A DNA stretch of 64,000 bases from Nitrospirota bacterium (GCA_963775905.1 CAVZKI010000007.1:80491-144490); one strand, 5' to 3'. Positions 20,601 to 29,943 are shown, numbered from the stretch's first letter. Notes: generated by a model not told the origin, from the letters alone. Numbers and translations are program-made.

Positions 20601-20841
20601 CCGTCAGATGCGGAACCCCGGTGACTTGTTGCTCGATGGGAAACGTCACCAGCCGTTCGACTTCTTCGGGGGACAAGCCGGGCGCTTTCGTGACGATTTG
20701 CACGAGCACACTCGTCACATCGGGAAACGCGTCGATCGGAATCGTGCGGAAGGAATAGAGCCCCACAAGGGCAAGAAGGCCGGCGAACGTGAGGATCAGT
20801 AAGGGGCGACGCAGAGAAAACTCAAGGAGTGTGTCGACCAT
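17653..20841 (-). CDS. cusA: Heavy-metal efflux RND transporter, CusA/CzcA family
   Basis: 1062 aa, 12-TM RND layout. The TM4 motif AIAIGMMVDASVVVVEN resembles CusA (AIAVGAMVDAAIVMIEN) rather than the DFG..DGA..VEN type. Confidence 0.93.
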   Translation of the reverse strand: MVDTLLEFSLRRPLLILTFAGLLALVGLYSFRTIPIDAFPDVTSVLVQIVTKAPGLSPEEVERLVTFPIEQQVTGVPHLTDLRSLTKVGLSLITVVFDDQMDINLARQLVLERLIEVREHLPPGSEPMMTPNSTGLGEVYQYYLEGPPHAGLDAAAVERELIEQRTVQDWVIRPLLKGVPGVIDVNSQGGYVKQYQVLVEPELLRKYALSLDEVFASVANNNANAAGNVLEKHAEKYIVRGVGMIRKLSDIEDIVVKEAGGTPVHIHDVAQVQIGHAIRHGAAVLNGEREVVAGIVLMLRGGNARDVVEGLKGKIAEIQDKGLLPAGWRIVPFYDRIELISAALATVYKALGEGILLVVIVLFVFLGDTRSALIVAATLIATPLVTFFVMDRFDLTANLMSLGGLAIAIGMMVDASVVVVENIHRHLSDPRHQGLPRQALILNAAREVARPVVFGILIIIIVFMPILSFQGMEGKMFKPMAYTIMIALMVSLILSVTLSPVLCNLTLRAGHNDPDPLALRWAKRAYLPLLRWALGHRSAVLTATGLMLAGSIALVPFLGSEFVPILNEGTMAPLTIRLPSISLEQSIKIEREVQRAVLEFPEVQMMVSKIGRSELATDPQEPNESDSVAALHPIQTWTTASTMAELKERVRERLAQVPGANFLISQPIQQRVDELISGVRTEATVKLFGPDLEALRHTADEIASVLGTIRGVKDLKVEQLFGQPYITIDIDRSKIARHGINVSDVREVIAIAIGGEAATRVYEENRRFNLTVRFPEQDRNSIETIGNIRLTAGSGAFIPLSDLGTIRMHEGPGRINRDHLQRYLPVSFNTHGRDIGSIVAEAQQRIAREVRLPDGYTIVWGGSFENMQRAMARIKIIVPITIGAIFLLLFSSFSSLKQAALIILNLPFALIGGIVALWVTGEYLSVPASVGFINLFGVAVLNGIVLVSYMNALRQQEGKDVQQAVLIGCMMRLRPVLMTALVALLGLVPLAFAHGIGSEVQRPLAVVVIGGLVSSTFLTLVVLPVLYQWIEERATSRALHKASQTVIDQRDGTARTVPSSRV

Positions 20842-20843
20842 GC

Positions 20844-22092
20844 TTAGTCTTTGGGCTTCAACAGCTCGGATTTCAAGATAAAGGCGCCTTCCCTGACGAC
20901 CGCTTCCCCTTCCCTCACCCCGTCGAGGACCTCGGCGAAGGTCCCGTTCCTGTCGCCCAATCTGATCGTCCGCGCTTCAAACACGCCGGTTTCCTGCTGC
21001 ACAAACACGAAGCTGCGATTCCGATCATGCTGAACGGCTGCTTCGGGAATGACCAGGACATCCGGGGCAGGTTCGGACGAGACGCGGATCGTTGCGAACA
21101 TTTCCGGCTTTAGACGACCGGTGGGATTCGCCAAGATGAGGCGCACCTGCATGGTCCGCGTAGCGGTGTCTAGGACGTCGCCGACATACGAGACGATCCC
21201 CTGAAACACTTCGTCAGGATACGCAGCCACATGGACCTCGACCGGCTGATTCGGAATGGCGGTCGCGCGGTTTACATAGGAGATATCTTTTTCCGATACA
21301 TTGCCCACCACCCAGACCGTCGAGAGATCGGCAACCACAAACATTTTTCGGGCGGTTTCGACCACCTCGCCTTTGGTGAGATTCCTCGCGATCACCCGGC
21401 CGGCAAAGGGCGCCACAATGGGAACGTGCGAGCGGATCGTTTGAGTCCGCTCCAGAGTTCTGATTTCCTTGTCGTCCATGCCTAACAACCGGAGTCCTTC
21501 GCGCGCCTCCTGAGCCTCGGCACGGATACTGATCATCTCTCCTTCGCGGCGCTGCGCCTCCGCCTGGCCGATGACTTTCTCTTTGAAAAGAAACTCCGCC
21601 CGCTGATAGGCCTGCTCCGCCACGTGCCGTCGCGCGCGGGCCTTCAGGTAAGCAGACTGGGCTAGTCCGAGATCACTGCTATGGAGCACCGCCAACAGCT
21701 TATTGGGCGTGACCGCCTGTCCCAATTCGGCATGCACCTCGGCCACCCGCCCACGCACGAGGGTCGTAATATTCGCCAACGCGTGTTCGTTCGGCCGTAC
21801 GACGCCGGGAAAGGTACGGTAGGTACGAAATGCCGTTCGTCCGACCGGTCTCCACCGTCACACCGGATCGGGTGACTTCTTCTGGCGGGAGCCGAACAAG
21901 ACGTGCCTCGTCCGACGAACGTTTCACTCCGCTCTCCTCCGCCGGGGCCGGCGCACGGTCACAGCCCGTGGAGGACGCCAACAGAAGCATGCCGAAGAAG
22001 ACCCTGCACGTCACACTCAGACGGCTTCGCGGACGCGCATGACGCTCGCATCGATTTGTACATCGGCCAGGAGAAATGACCATGCCTCTCAT
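20844..22092 (-). pseudogene. cusB: RND membrane-fusion (periplasmic adaptor) protein with one frame break
   Basis: Lipoprotein signal (LLLASSTGC) and VRLPPEEVTRSGVTVETG lie in ORF 21700..22107. The rest (FRTYRTFPGVVRPNEHALANITTLVRGRVAEVHA...) lies in frame 20844..21779. The junction is at about 21841-21860. Confidence 0.8.
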
Positions 22093-22107
22093 CTGTTCTT
22101 TTCGCAA

Positions 22108-23373
22108 TTAGAGTGGACCGCCCACGGCGCGCTCATACCGCGTGAGCGCCAGGGAGAGTTCGAAGCGCGCCAGATTGTAATCCACGGTGATCTGGCGTTG
22201 GACCCGTTGGGCATCGAGGACATCCAGGAGGCTGGAGGCACCCTGTCGGAAGCTCAATTGGGCGATACGAAGCGCTTCCTGCGCTTGCTTTAAGAGCCCT
22301 TCCTCGTACACGAGGATCTGTTCTTGAGCCGTTTCCGCCTCTCGAGCATGTTGGTTGATGGCGCGGCCGAGGTCGTTCCTGGCACGAATCAGCTCTGCCT
22401 CTTCTTTTCGTTGAGTGCCGAGCGCCGTCGCAATGTGCCCTTGCTGCAGATACCATAGGGGCGTCGGCACACTCACGCCCGCCACCACCCCCTCACGTCC
22501 TGCTTCTCTGGCATACCCGCCAAACAGGGTCACGTTCGGCACACGGCCCTGCCGCTCCTTGGTGACGGTAGATTCAGCCTGCTCCACCAGTTTTCCCTGG
22601 CGTTTGAGGATAGGATGTTGCGACAGGTCCCTCATCGCCATCTGCTCCGGATCCAGACGATCCCGGAGTAACCGGAAATCTCCTTGCACCTTGTACCGAG
22701 GCCCCAAGGCCCCCGCCGTCAAGGTGTCCAATCCGACGAGTTTCACGCGCACGGCATTCTTGGCTTTCGTCAACTCTTGCTTGGCTTTGAGCACCTCCAC
22801 CTCCGCCTTCACCGCTTCGAATTGAGGGCCTTCGCCGGATCGGACGCGGGCTCTTACAATGCGCGCCACTTCCTGAACAATCTCCAAGTTCTGCTGAAGA
22901 AGGTCTACCGTCCGTTCCGCCAGAAGCAGTTCGTAGAATGCCTGCTTCACCTCCGCAATGAGATTGAGCTTGGCTTCTTCGAGGCCGACCGTCGCGCTGG
23001 CCAGACCGGCGTCTGCCGCGTCCTTACGGGCCGCCCGCATGCCCGGCCATTCCACAGTCTGATGCAGCGTCATGCCATACTCGTTCACACGTGGCCCGGT
23101 GCTGGGGTCTCGAAGCGCGCCACTCCCCGTATTGCCGCCGATCGTGGGGTTGGGATAGGCGCCGGCTTGGGTCCGCCTGCCCTCATTCTGTTCGATCACG
23201 CTTTGGGCACCCAGGATCGCCGGGTTCCGTTCCAGCGCCAAGTCGATGATGCGGTCGAGGTCGAACGTGGGCATCTGTTCTTTCGCCTGGGCGAAGGACG
23301 GCGTCAGCGTCCCACTCGTCCCCGCCACCATCACGGTCATCAATACGACACAATTCCAAAGCCGAGCCGGCAT
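22108..23373 (-). CDS. cusC: Outer-membrane efflux protein (TolC/CusC family)
   Basis: Signal peptide, two OEP repeats. Directly upstream of the adaptor and RND pump genes. Confidence 0.9.
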   Translation of the reverse strand: MPARLWNCVVLMTVMVAGTSGTLTPSFAQAKEQMPTFDLDRIIDLALERNPAILGAQSVIEQNEGRRTQAGAYPNPTIGGNTGSGALRDPSTGPRVNEYGMTLHQTVEWPGMRAARKDAADAGLASATVGLEEAKLNLIAEVKQAFYELLLAERTVDLLQQNLEIVQEVARIVRARVRSGEGPQFEAVKAEVEVLKAKQELTKAKNAVRVKLVGLDTLTAGALGPRYKVQGDFRLLRDRLDPEQMAMRDLSQHPILKRQGKLVEQAESTVTKERQGRVPNVTLFGGYAREAGREGVVAGVSVPTPLWYLQQGHIATALGTQRKEEAELIRARNDLGRAINQHAREAETAQEQILVYEEGLLKQAQEALRIAQLSFRQGASSLLDVLDAQRVQRQITVDYNLARFELSLALTRYERAVGGPL

Positions 23374-23446
23374 ATGCTGCCTCCTTCGGAGTCACGATTA
23401 GGTTGTTCGATCGAGATCGAAGACGAAACAGACCGTCGACGCTGCA

Positions 23447-23815
23447 CTAACTCTGTGCGGTCGGAGGATGCAATAGTCGGGAGACCAGAAGGGTGGACGG
23501 AGGAATTTCGTTCATCGAGGCATGCGAGCGGCTTGATTCGCAATCTGACACACTCACTCGAGAAGCAACGCAGTCCCCCGGCATCTCTTGCGGCGAATCG
23601 TCCTCGGAATCGGTTGCCGCCCCGGCGTCACTGAAATCGCAGGCTTGCTCACTCCCAGTATTGCCGGTCGAACCGCACATGCTATTGAAAGGCCACCCGA
23701 TCTGCGCGGCCGGGAATACGGTGCAGAGAAGCAGCGCGAAGACGAGAATGGAGGAAAATGAACGGATCGTTGCCACAGCACCTTTAAGTAAATACGAGGA
23801 TGACGAGGTTGTCAA
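23447..23815 (-). CDS. Small Cys-containing secreted/anchored protein upstream of the cus operon
   Basis: One N-terminal hydrophobic segment, 4 Cys, acidic Ser/Asp-rich tail. No recognised family. Confidence 0.4.
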   Translation of the reverse strand: MTTSSSSYLLKGAVATIRSFSSILVFALLLCTVFPAAQIGWPFNSMCGSTGNTGSEQACDFSDAGAATDSEDDSPQEMPGDCVASRVSVSDCESSRSHASMNEIPPSTLLVSRLLHPPTAQS

Positions 23816-23945
23816 TACGTTCTTGAAATGTGTAAGCGGCCCCCTAGCGGTTGTGCGCAGCTAAGACACTTGACGCTATAATACCCTGCTCTCAGCCTCG
23901 GTTACAAGAACAACCGTCCGGAACCCCCCCGGTGGTTCTGCTCTG

Positions 23946-24810
23946 TCATCGAACGACGAGCACGGAACAGTTCGCGTGCTGCACCACCCGCGTCGAAACG
24001 CTCCCGAGGAGAAACCGGGCGATGGCGCCCAGCCCTTTGGCCCCCATCACGATCAGATCGGCATGCTGTTTGGAGGCCACCTTCATGATCTCTTCAGCAG
24101 GCTTCCCAAGCTGGCACACAGGCTCGGCCGTAAATCCCGCCTTGATCAGCTTCCGCACGCTCTGTTCGACCAACTTGCGGCCTGCCTCCTTCAACTCCGG
24201 GTACTTGATGAACGGCATCACATGGATCACGCTCACATGAATCGGCACCCGCCCGCCCTTGCCGCTCGAACGATCCGGCTGAAACTTGGTCAGCACAAAC
24301 GCCAGTGCTTTGGCCGATGCGTCCGATCCATCGGTCGCCAAGGTGATCCGCCGCAACGGCGCCGCCTCGTCCTTGACGACAAGCACAGGACAGGTCGCAT
24401 GATGGATGAGATTCGTCGATACGCTGCCGAGCATGAAGCGGTCGAGGGCGTCGAGGCCCTGACTGCCCACCACCAGGAGCCCATCCCGTTTCGGCGCGCG
24501 TTTCAAGATCACCGGTGCAACCGCCCCTTGCTCCTTGCGGACCGTGCCCTTGAGCTTCAGCGCCGCCAACTGCTGTGTTGGCCTCCTTGAGGGTTTTTGC
24601 CGAGCGCGCTTCCATGCGCTGAATTTCTTCCTGGATGTACCGCTCGTTGCCGGCCATCACCGGCTGCGCCAGAAACGGAGCGCGGAGCGCGCTGACATCC
24701 AGCACATGCAGCGCTGTTACCCGTGGCGGCTCGACGAACGGCAGCTTGGCCACCCAGTTCAGCCCCCATCGCCCATACTTCGATCCATCCGTCGCCACGA
24801 GCACATTCAT
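23946..24810 (-). pseudogene. Tandem universal stress protein (two UspA domains) with one frame break
   Basis: Domain 1 starts MNVLVATDGS (ORF 24094..24810) and continues in ORF 23946..24569 (AALKLKGTV...GSVSTNLIHHATCPVLVV). Domain 2 ends GSVSTRVVQHANCSVLVV. The frames meet at about 24565-24580. Confidence 0.8.
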
Positions 24811-26093
24811 GGTGCGCCTCCTTTCGTTTGAGTTCCCACCATGTTCGAATCGACAGGCTGAAACCGGCTGCGAAATGCCTCCGGCGACAGCCCCGCGAGG
24901 GCCGCGCAGCGGCCCAGTGCCACCGGATCCTTGAAGTCCTCCTCAGACAGCCGAATCATATACTGGCGCGCAATCTGGTACGACTGCGCCGTGATATCCA
25001 CCATCCGCACTTTCGCCCGGCCGCTGACGGGATCCACCATCTGCTTGAAAGGAATCGGCGTAAACCGTCCATTTTGGATCGACACCATGGCCGCCGTGCC
25101 TCCATCGAGAAGGAACTGCGCCGCACAATAGCCGAGATCGCGGGTGTATTCCATATCGAACGGAATCGGGTCCGCACAGCGTAATTCATACCCCACATTC
25201 TTGGCGACGATCGACGTGGCAAGTCCCAAGGCTTTCAGGCCCTTCGTCACTTCACGCCGGAGCACATCGCCGATATCCACGTCTGCTAATCGCAGGTGGC
25301 CATGTTCATCCCGCTCGACATGGTCCAATCCACCCAGGTCTTGCGGGTCAAGAATCTCGATCAGTCCTTCCGCCAACACGACCACCCCGTCGGAGCGCCC
25401 TCCGCTAAGCCGCTTGATCATCGTCCCGATCACGAGATCCACCAGGCGCTGGAGTCTCACGGGCCGCTCCCCAAATTCCTCGGGAATGACGGTGAGCGTG
25501 GCGCCGGCGGCCTTGCCGATTCCGAGCGCCAAGTGGCCGGCTTTGCGGCCCATCGTCACGACAAAGTACCAGCGCGACATGGTGTGGGCGTCCACCATGA
25601 GATTCTTAACGATCTCGACGGCGACATGCCGGGCCGTTTGAAAGCCGAACGTCGGAATGCCAGAGGGGAGATCGAGGTCATTGTCGATGGTCTTCGGCAC
25701 ATGCACGATGTGAACGCGTCCGGCCGCCTGTTCTTCCAGTTTGAGCGCCGAGAAGGCCGTATCGTCTCCCCCGATGGTCACCAGGCGCGTGATGCCCAAC
25801 CTCGTCAAGGAGGACAGGACGTGAGCGAGAGACTCGGCTTTCTTTGTCGGATTCGCCCGCGAGGTGCCCAGAGACGACCCGCCTCGGAAGTGCATGCGAT
25901 TCACCTCGTCGATCGCAAGAGGCCTGACCTGGCTCAGGCTGCCTTCCATGAGCCATTTGAATCCGTCCAGGATGCCGACCACGTCGCAACCGCCGAGAAT
26001 ACTGCGGATCGTGACCGCGCTAATCACGCTGTTGATGCCGGGAGCCGGTCCGCCCCCGACTAAGATACCGACGATCGTGCGAGGAGAATTCAT
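24807..26093 (-). CDS. pfp: 6-phosphofructokinase, PfkA family, probably PPi-dependent
   Basis: GGGPAPGIN, TIGGDDT (Asp where ATP-PFKs have Gly) and PKTIDND (Lys where ATP-PFKs have Gly). Confidence 0.85.
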   Translation of the reverse strand: MNSPRTIVGILVGGGPAPGINSVISAVTIRSILGGCDVVGILDGFKWLMEGSLSQVRPLAIDEVNRMHFRGGSSLGTSRANPTKKAESLAHVLSSLTRLGITRLVTIGGDDTAFSALKLEEQAAGRVHIVHVPKTIDNDLDLPSGIPTFGFQTARHVAVEIVKNLMVDAHTMSRWYFVVTMGRKAGHLALGIGKAAGATLTVIPEEFGERPVRLQRLVDLVIGTMIKRLSGGRSDGVVVLAEGLIEILDPQDLGGLDHVERDEHGHLRLADVDIGDVLRREVTKGLKALGLATSIVAKNVGYELRCADPIPFDMEYTRDLGYCAAQFLLDGGTAAMVSIQNGRFTPIPFKQMVDPVSGRAKVRMVDITAQSYQIARQYMIRLSEEDFKDPVALGRCAALAGLSPEAFRSRFQPVDSNMVGTQTKGGAP

Positions 26094-26114
26094 GATGTGA
26101 GGACTCCTGTGACG

Positions 26115-26440
26115 CTAATCCGAATTTCTCAAATACACCGACCAATAGACCAACGCGACGAGGACGGACCCGCCGAGGACGTTGCCGATCGTCACCAGCG
26201 CGAGATTGCTGACCGCATCAGTGACTGAGAGTGGTGCCGAGGTCCCCGCAGCGAGCGCCACGCCGATCGGAAGAAGGTACATGTTGGCGACGGAATATTC
26301 AAACCCGCAGACGCCGAACGCGGTGATTGGAAAGACGGTGGCGAGAATCTTATCGGTCACGCTCTGCGCGCCCATGCATAACCAGACTGCCAGACAGATC
26401 AGCACGTTGCAGAGAATGCCTGCACATCCGAGATCCCTAA
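26115..26440 (-). pseudogene. 3' fragment of a formate/nitrite transporter (FNT) gene
   Basis: Only the last 100 or so residues are present: GILCNVLICLAVW ... GFEYSVANMY ... VYWSVYLRNSD. The 5' side is replaced by a duplicated VOC-gene 5' region. Confidence 0.7.
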
Positions 26441-26528
26441 TGCGATAGGAAATCTCTTCATGGCTCCCCCTCTCAAGATCGCGCGTGGAGAGGGCGGTCA
26501 GAAAAGTAGCATGTCCCCAGGTTTTTTG
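26423..26528. repeat. About 105-bp direct repeat, copy 1 (5' region of a VOC-type gene)
   Basis: Roughly 85% identical by eye to 27406-27509 (…TGCGATAGGAAATCTCTTCATGGCTC…GGCGGTCAGAAAAGTAGCATGTCCC…). Confidence 0.8.
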
Positions 26529-26618
26529 TCTCTACCTCTGAGCCGTCAAGAGCCGTACCATCTGCTAAGCTTGTCTTAGCATAGGCACTGAGACCTCGGC
26601 GCAAAAAGGGGCATTGCG

Positions 26619-27005
26619 ATGTGGCTTCGTCGTGGATCCTGGCTCTTGATGACGGGGATGCTATGGGGATGTGCGATGGTGAATGGAACCGCGCCGCCTG
26701 GTTCTGCGCCATTATTTCACGCCGATGCGACCGATACAGTAATCTTGCAAACCGTACATCGAGAACAAGAAACGCTGTTGAGCACCTGCACACAGCACCA
26801 GTCCTGTGATCAGGTGCATTTCACACGTGCGATGATCGCGTTATTCCAGAATGGAGAGGCGGCAGCGGCCTCCTTTCAGCAGGCGATTGCCGTCGCGCCG
26901 AATGGTCCATTCGCGGATTCAAGCGCACTCTGGATTCGGTTTCTTGCCAACCAGACTTCCCACCCCGCTTCCGCCGACAAGCCCAATGGGGCGTTACTGG
27001 GGTGA
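26619..27005 (+). CDS. Lipoprotein of unknown function
   Basis: Signal peptide with lipobox MLWGC. May form one gene with the overlapping ORF 27002..27214. Confidence 0.5.
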   Translation: MWLRRGSWLLMTGMLWGCAMVNGTAPPGSAPLFHADATDTVILQTVHREQETLLSTCTQHQSCDQVHFTRAMIALFQNGEAAAASFQQAIAVAPNGPFADSSALWIRFLANQTSHPASADKPNGALLG

Positions 27006-27214
27006 TGAAAGGGCTGGTGCGCACATGGTTGGGACAACAGCGTGCGGAAACTGCCAAAAGCCCGGACCTGGCAGTACACACTCTTCGGCGGCGGATTCGT
27101 AGTCGCGATAAGCGGATCGCGGAATTGACGGATCAGCTCAGTGCCCTGAAACAGATCGATTCGGATGCGCATAGGAACAGCAAGTTGAGTCTGCCGAGAA
27201 CTCCTTCCAAGTAA
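27002..27214 (+). CDS. Small coiled-coil protein, or C-terminal part of the preceding lipoprotein
   Basis: Overlaps the stop of 26619..27005 (GTGATGA). Contains RIAELTDQLSALKQID heptad-like helix. Confidence 0.35.
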   Translation: MMKGLVRTWLGQQRAETAKSPDLAVHTLRRRIRSRDKRIAELTDQLSALKQIDSDAHRNSKLSLPRTPSK

Positions 27215-27470
27215 TCACTGCTGGATAGCATCGCCACGCCCGACAACATCGCCCAACCCATGCCCCCGGTGAGCCCCACCCTCTTCGTGGGCCACTTTCC
27301 GAATCGACAGGTTGACCGCATCCATGCGCCCAACGCATCCTTTCCAGGAATGAGCAGGTCCGGCCGGCAGCCGAGACGTTGCGAGTAGTCGTCAGCGGAC
27401 GCCTCCACATCCGAGACGCCCAAGTGCGATATGAAATCTCTTCAAGGCTCTCCTCTCAAGGCCGCGCGCG
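27133..27470 (-). pseudogene. VOC (glyoxalase/bleomycin-resistance fold) family gene, frameshifted
   Basis: (L)KRFHIALG then, after a 1-nt shift, VSDVEASADDYSQRLGCRP. The remainder is spread over two frames (…NLSIRKVAHEEGG…). Confidence 0.45.
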
Positions 27471-27509
27471 AACGAGGCGGTCAGAAAAGTAGCATGTCCC
27501 TGTTTTTGG
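27406..27509. repeat. About 105-bp direct repeat, copy 2
   Basis: See 26423-26528. Confidence 0.8.
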
Positions 27510-27841
27510 GCCCCAAATCGTCTGGGTTTCGGATCAACCCATCAGAGGTTGAAGAAACTCTATATTTAGTGGGAAACTGCAAGGAGCTGCAGTCGTGGGC
27601 TTACCGGATGAGACGCTGGGACAAATAATTAAAAGCCTTTGTGGTTTGCCGAGTTGGGACAACGGCGAGCTCCGAGGAGCTGATTTCCCATTGTAGCGAA
27701 AAGCTCCCGCGTTATATGCTGCCAAAGTTTGTTGAAGTATTGTCAGAATTGCCTAAACCCACCAGTGATAAAGTAGTTGATCCAGTTTACGTCGGTGTGA
27801 AAAGCTATGAGCCCCCACCCCTCCATGGAAGCGGTCTCTAA
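27505..27841 (+). pseudogene. 3' fragment of an AMP-dependent synthetase/ligase gene with two frame breaks
   Basis: SGFRINPSEVEETLYLVGNCKE / AAVVGLPDETLGQIIK / AFVVCRVGTTASSEELISHCSEKLPRYMLPKFVEVLSELPKPTS lie in three frames. One break is at an A4 run (about 27627). Confidence 0.7.
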
Positions 27842-28886
27842 CGTACCCAAGCTACGTCTCTTGGTCCTTTCGGAGATTGACGACTGGGATTTTGGCCGGC
27901 AATTGAAAGCTTGCGGGCATGATATTGTAGCCTGGGCTCGCCCTAGGTGGAAGCGAGACCCAAAGTGTGGCGGCCTTTGTCATGCGGTCAGGACCATCAT
28001 TAAAGCTATTTTGTGCCAACCCAAACCGATACGGACAATTAAACCTAGATTCAGTGCCTGGAGATGGCTTAATAAGGAAAAGATCCTGCGCATCACCTCC
28101 CCCAACGTTAACTCTCCCACGTTTGTTGAATATGTGAAGCGCTTGAACGTTGATCTTATCGTGGTCTATTTCTTCCCTCAGATATTAAAGACGGCAATTC
28201 TCCAAACTCCTCGGTTGGGAATCTTAAACTGTCACCCCTCGCTGCTCCCTCGTTATGGAGGACCACATCCGGCATTTTGGATGCTCAAGAATGGGGAATC
28301 GGTTGCAGGGGTTACCGTTCATGTGATGACGGAAAAAATTGATGCAGGGGATATTGTCGCCCAACAAGAACTGATTATCGGAGAGAACGAGAATGCCGGG
28401 CAATTGACGCAGCGACAACACCATGCAGCTGCTGCGCTCCTGACAGAAGCCGTCAATGCCATGGCACGAGGAACAATCGACCCCAAGCCACAAAATATCG
28501 CGGAACGTAGCTATTTTGGAAAGAAGAACGCAGCCGACACCACCCTTGATTGGAATGGGTCTGCGAGACAGATTGTAAATCTGTGGCGCGCGTTACAACC
28601 ATATGAACCTCTCGCAGCAGGGTTAAATGGTACAACCATCAGGATTTACGATGCGCGACCTCAAGAGGGGCCTCCGTCAGGGAGAGCTCCTGGGGAAATC
28701 ATGGCAAAGCAATCGGGGAGACTCCTCGTACAGACCGGCAACGGGTATCTCGAGATACGGTCCTATGAAATCGTACCGTTTCACGGTTGGGTCAATCGTA
28801 TTCTACAAGAGTTCCTGCTGCCCGTTGGCAGCCGTTTTGACCTTGCTCCGTCAGCAATGGGGCTAGCATCTAAAGCCGTCTCATGA
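27807..28886 (+). CDS. Formyltransferase family protein (Fmt/ArnA N-terminal-domain-like)
   Basis: LNCHPSLLPRYGGPHPAFWMLKNGESVAGVTVHVMTEKIDAGDIV. Lies in a lower-GC patch. Confidence 0.8.
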   Translation: MSPHPSMEAVSNVPKLRLLVLSEIDDWDFGRQLKACGHDIVAWARPRWKRDPKCGGLCHAVRTIIKAILCQPKPIRTIKPRFSAWRWLNKEKILRITSPNVNSPTFVEYVKRLNVDLIVVYFFPQILKTAILQTPRLGILNCHPSLLPRYGGPHPAFWMLKNGESVAGVTVHVMTEKIDAGDIVAQQELIIGENENAGQLTQRQHHAAAALLTEAVNAMARGTIDPKPQNIAERSYFGKKNAADTTLDWNGSARQIVNLWRALQPYEPLAAGLNGTTIRIYDARPQEGPPSGRAPGEIMAKQSGRLLVQTGNGYLEIRSYEIVPFHGWVNRILQEFLLPVGSRFDLAPSAMGLASKAVS

Positions 28887-29029
28887 GCACGGTATGCAAA
28901 CCCAAATGAGTAACTTAATGAAATTTTACATGGCTTTCCCCCAAGGCCGCGCGTGGACAGACTCCGCAATGTTGAATTGCAAGACCTTGTACTGGGCTCT
29001 GCATTCGGTCGAGCTCGCCCGCTTCGTCC

Positions 29030-29131
29030 ACCGGGCGGCCTGGTCTATCCTCGAATGCGCGCGTCGAACGAGCACCTTCCCAGCGTACGCGTTCCGCGAG
29101 CAGGAGGACGACCAGGCTACCCCGTCTCCCC
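29030..29131. repeat. Family D core module (diverged)
   Basis: GAATGCGCGCGTCGAACGAGCACCTTCCCAGCGTACGCGTTCCGCGAGCAGGAGGACGACCAGGCTACCCC. Confidence 0.6.
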
Positions 29132-29767
29132 CTATTCGAACAACTTCCTAAACCCCGCCTTAATCTGGTCCAGCCCCCCGCGCAAGTCGGTCTCAAGTAC
29201 ATCGGCCTTGGCCTGCACCACCACGCGCTTGGCCTTGAGCTGGTCCTTGAACACCATCAGCTTGGTGAGTAGCTCCTGCTTCGTTGACTCCAGCGTGACT
29301 TGCTGCTTGGCTTTCTCACTCTCAAAGCGGCCTTTGAGTGCATCAAACTCGGCTTCGAGCGTGCTCGTCCGGCCCACGAGATCCTCCCAGACCCTGCCCG
29401 ATTCGAACGCGGCCCCTTTCAGTTTCTGTTCCGCAACGGATTCGAACTCGTTCAGGGCCTTGAGGATCTTCGTCCTCTGCTCCTCGAACGTATCGCGAGC
29501 GTCCATTTTGCCGAGGGCCAATTGCACTTGAAGATGTTCGAGCTTGGCCTGTACGTCACTCTTTGCCTGCTCTCCCATCTCCTTCGACTTCTGTACGTCG
29601 GCCTGGACCTGCTTGAGCAGATCCCGCAGCTGTTGCTTGCGTTGCTCCAGCCGCTGCAGCGCCTGATCTTTCGTCTGGGTCAGTTGCGCCTCCAGCGCCA
29701 GCGCCTGGTGCTCCAACGCATCCAACTGCTTGTCGAACGACGCTCTGATTTCTTTGATTCGAGACAT
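29132..29767 (-). CDS. Coiled-coil protein of unknown function (apolipoprotein-like helical repeats)
   Basis: ATG 29767 preceded by GAGGAGGG. Gln/Glu/Lys/Leu-rich helices throughout. Confidence 0.6.
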   Translation of the reverse strand: MSRIKEIRASFDKQLDALEHQALALEAQLTQTKDQALQRLEQRKQQLRDLLKQVQADVQKSKEMGEQAKSDVQAKLEHLQVQLALGKMDARDTFEEQRTKILKALNEFESVAEQKLKGAAFESGRVWEDLVGRTSTLEAEFDALKGRFESEKAKQQVTLESTKQELLTKLMVFKDQLKAKRVVVQAKADVLETDLRGGLDQIKAGFRKLFE

Positions 29768-29943
29768 GGGGCCCTCCTCTGTGTGAAATGGAAAATACAA
29801 ACCGGCTACGTTCTGCCGAGCGTGGCACTACATCGCAACTCCCTTCTCTATTCATAACAGTCCGTGCTGTTCGCGCCCGATGCACCAGTCGACCAAGCGG
29901 TTATCCTATATACAGTAATCCCTCCAAGCTTGCTCGTTTCTCC

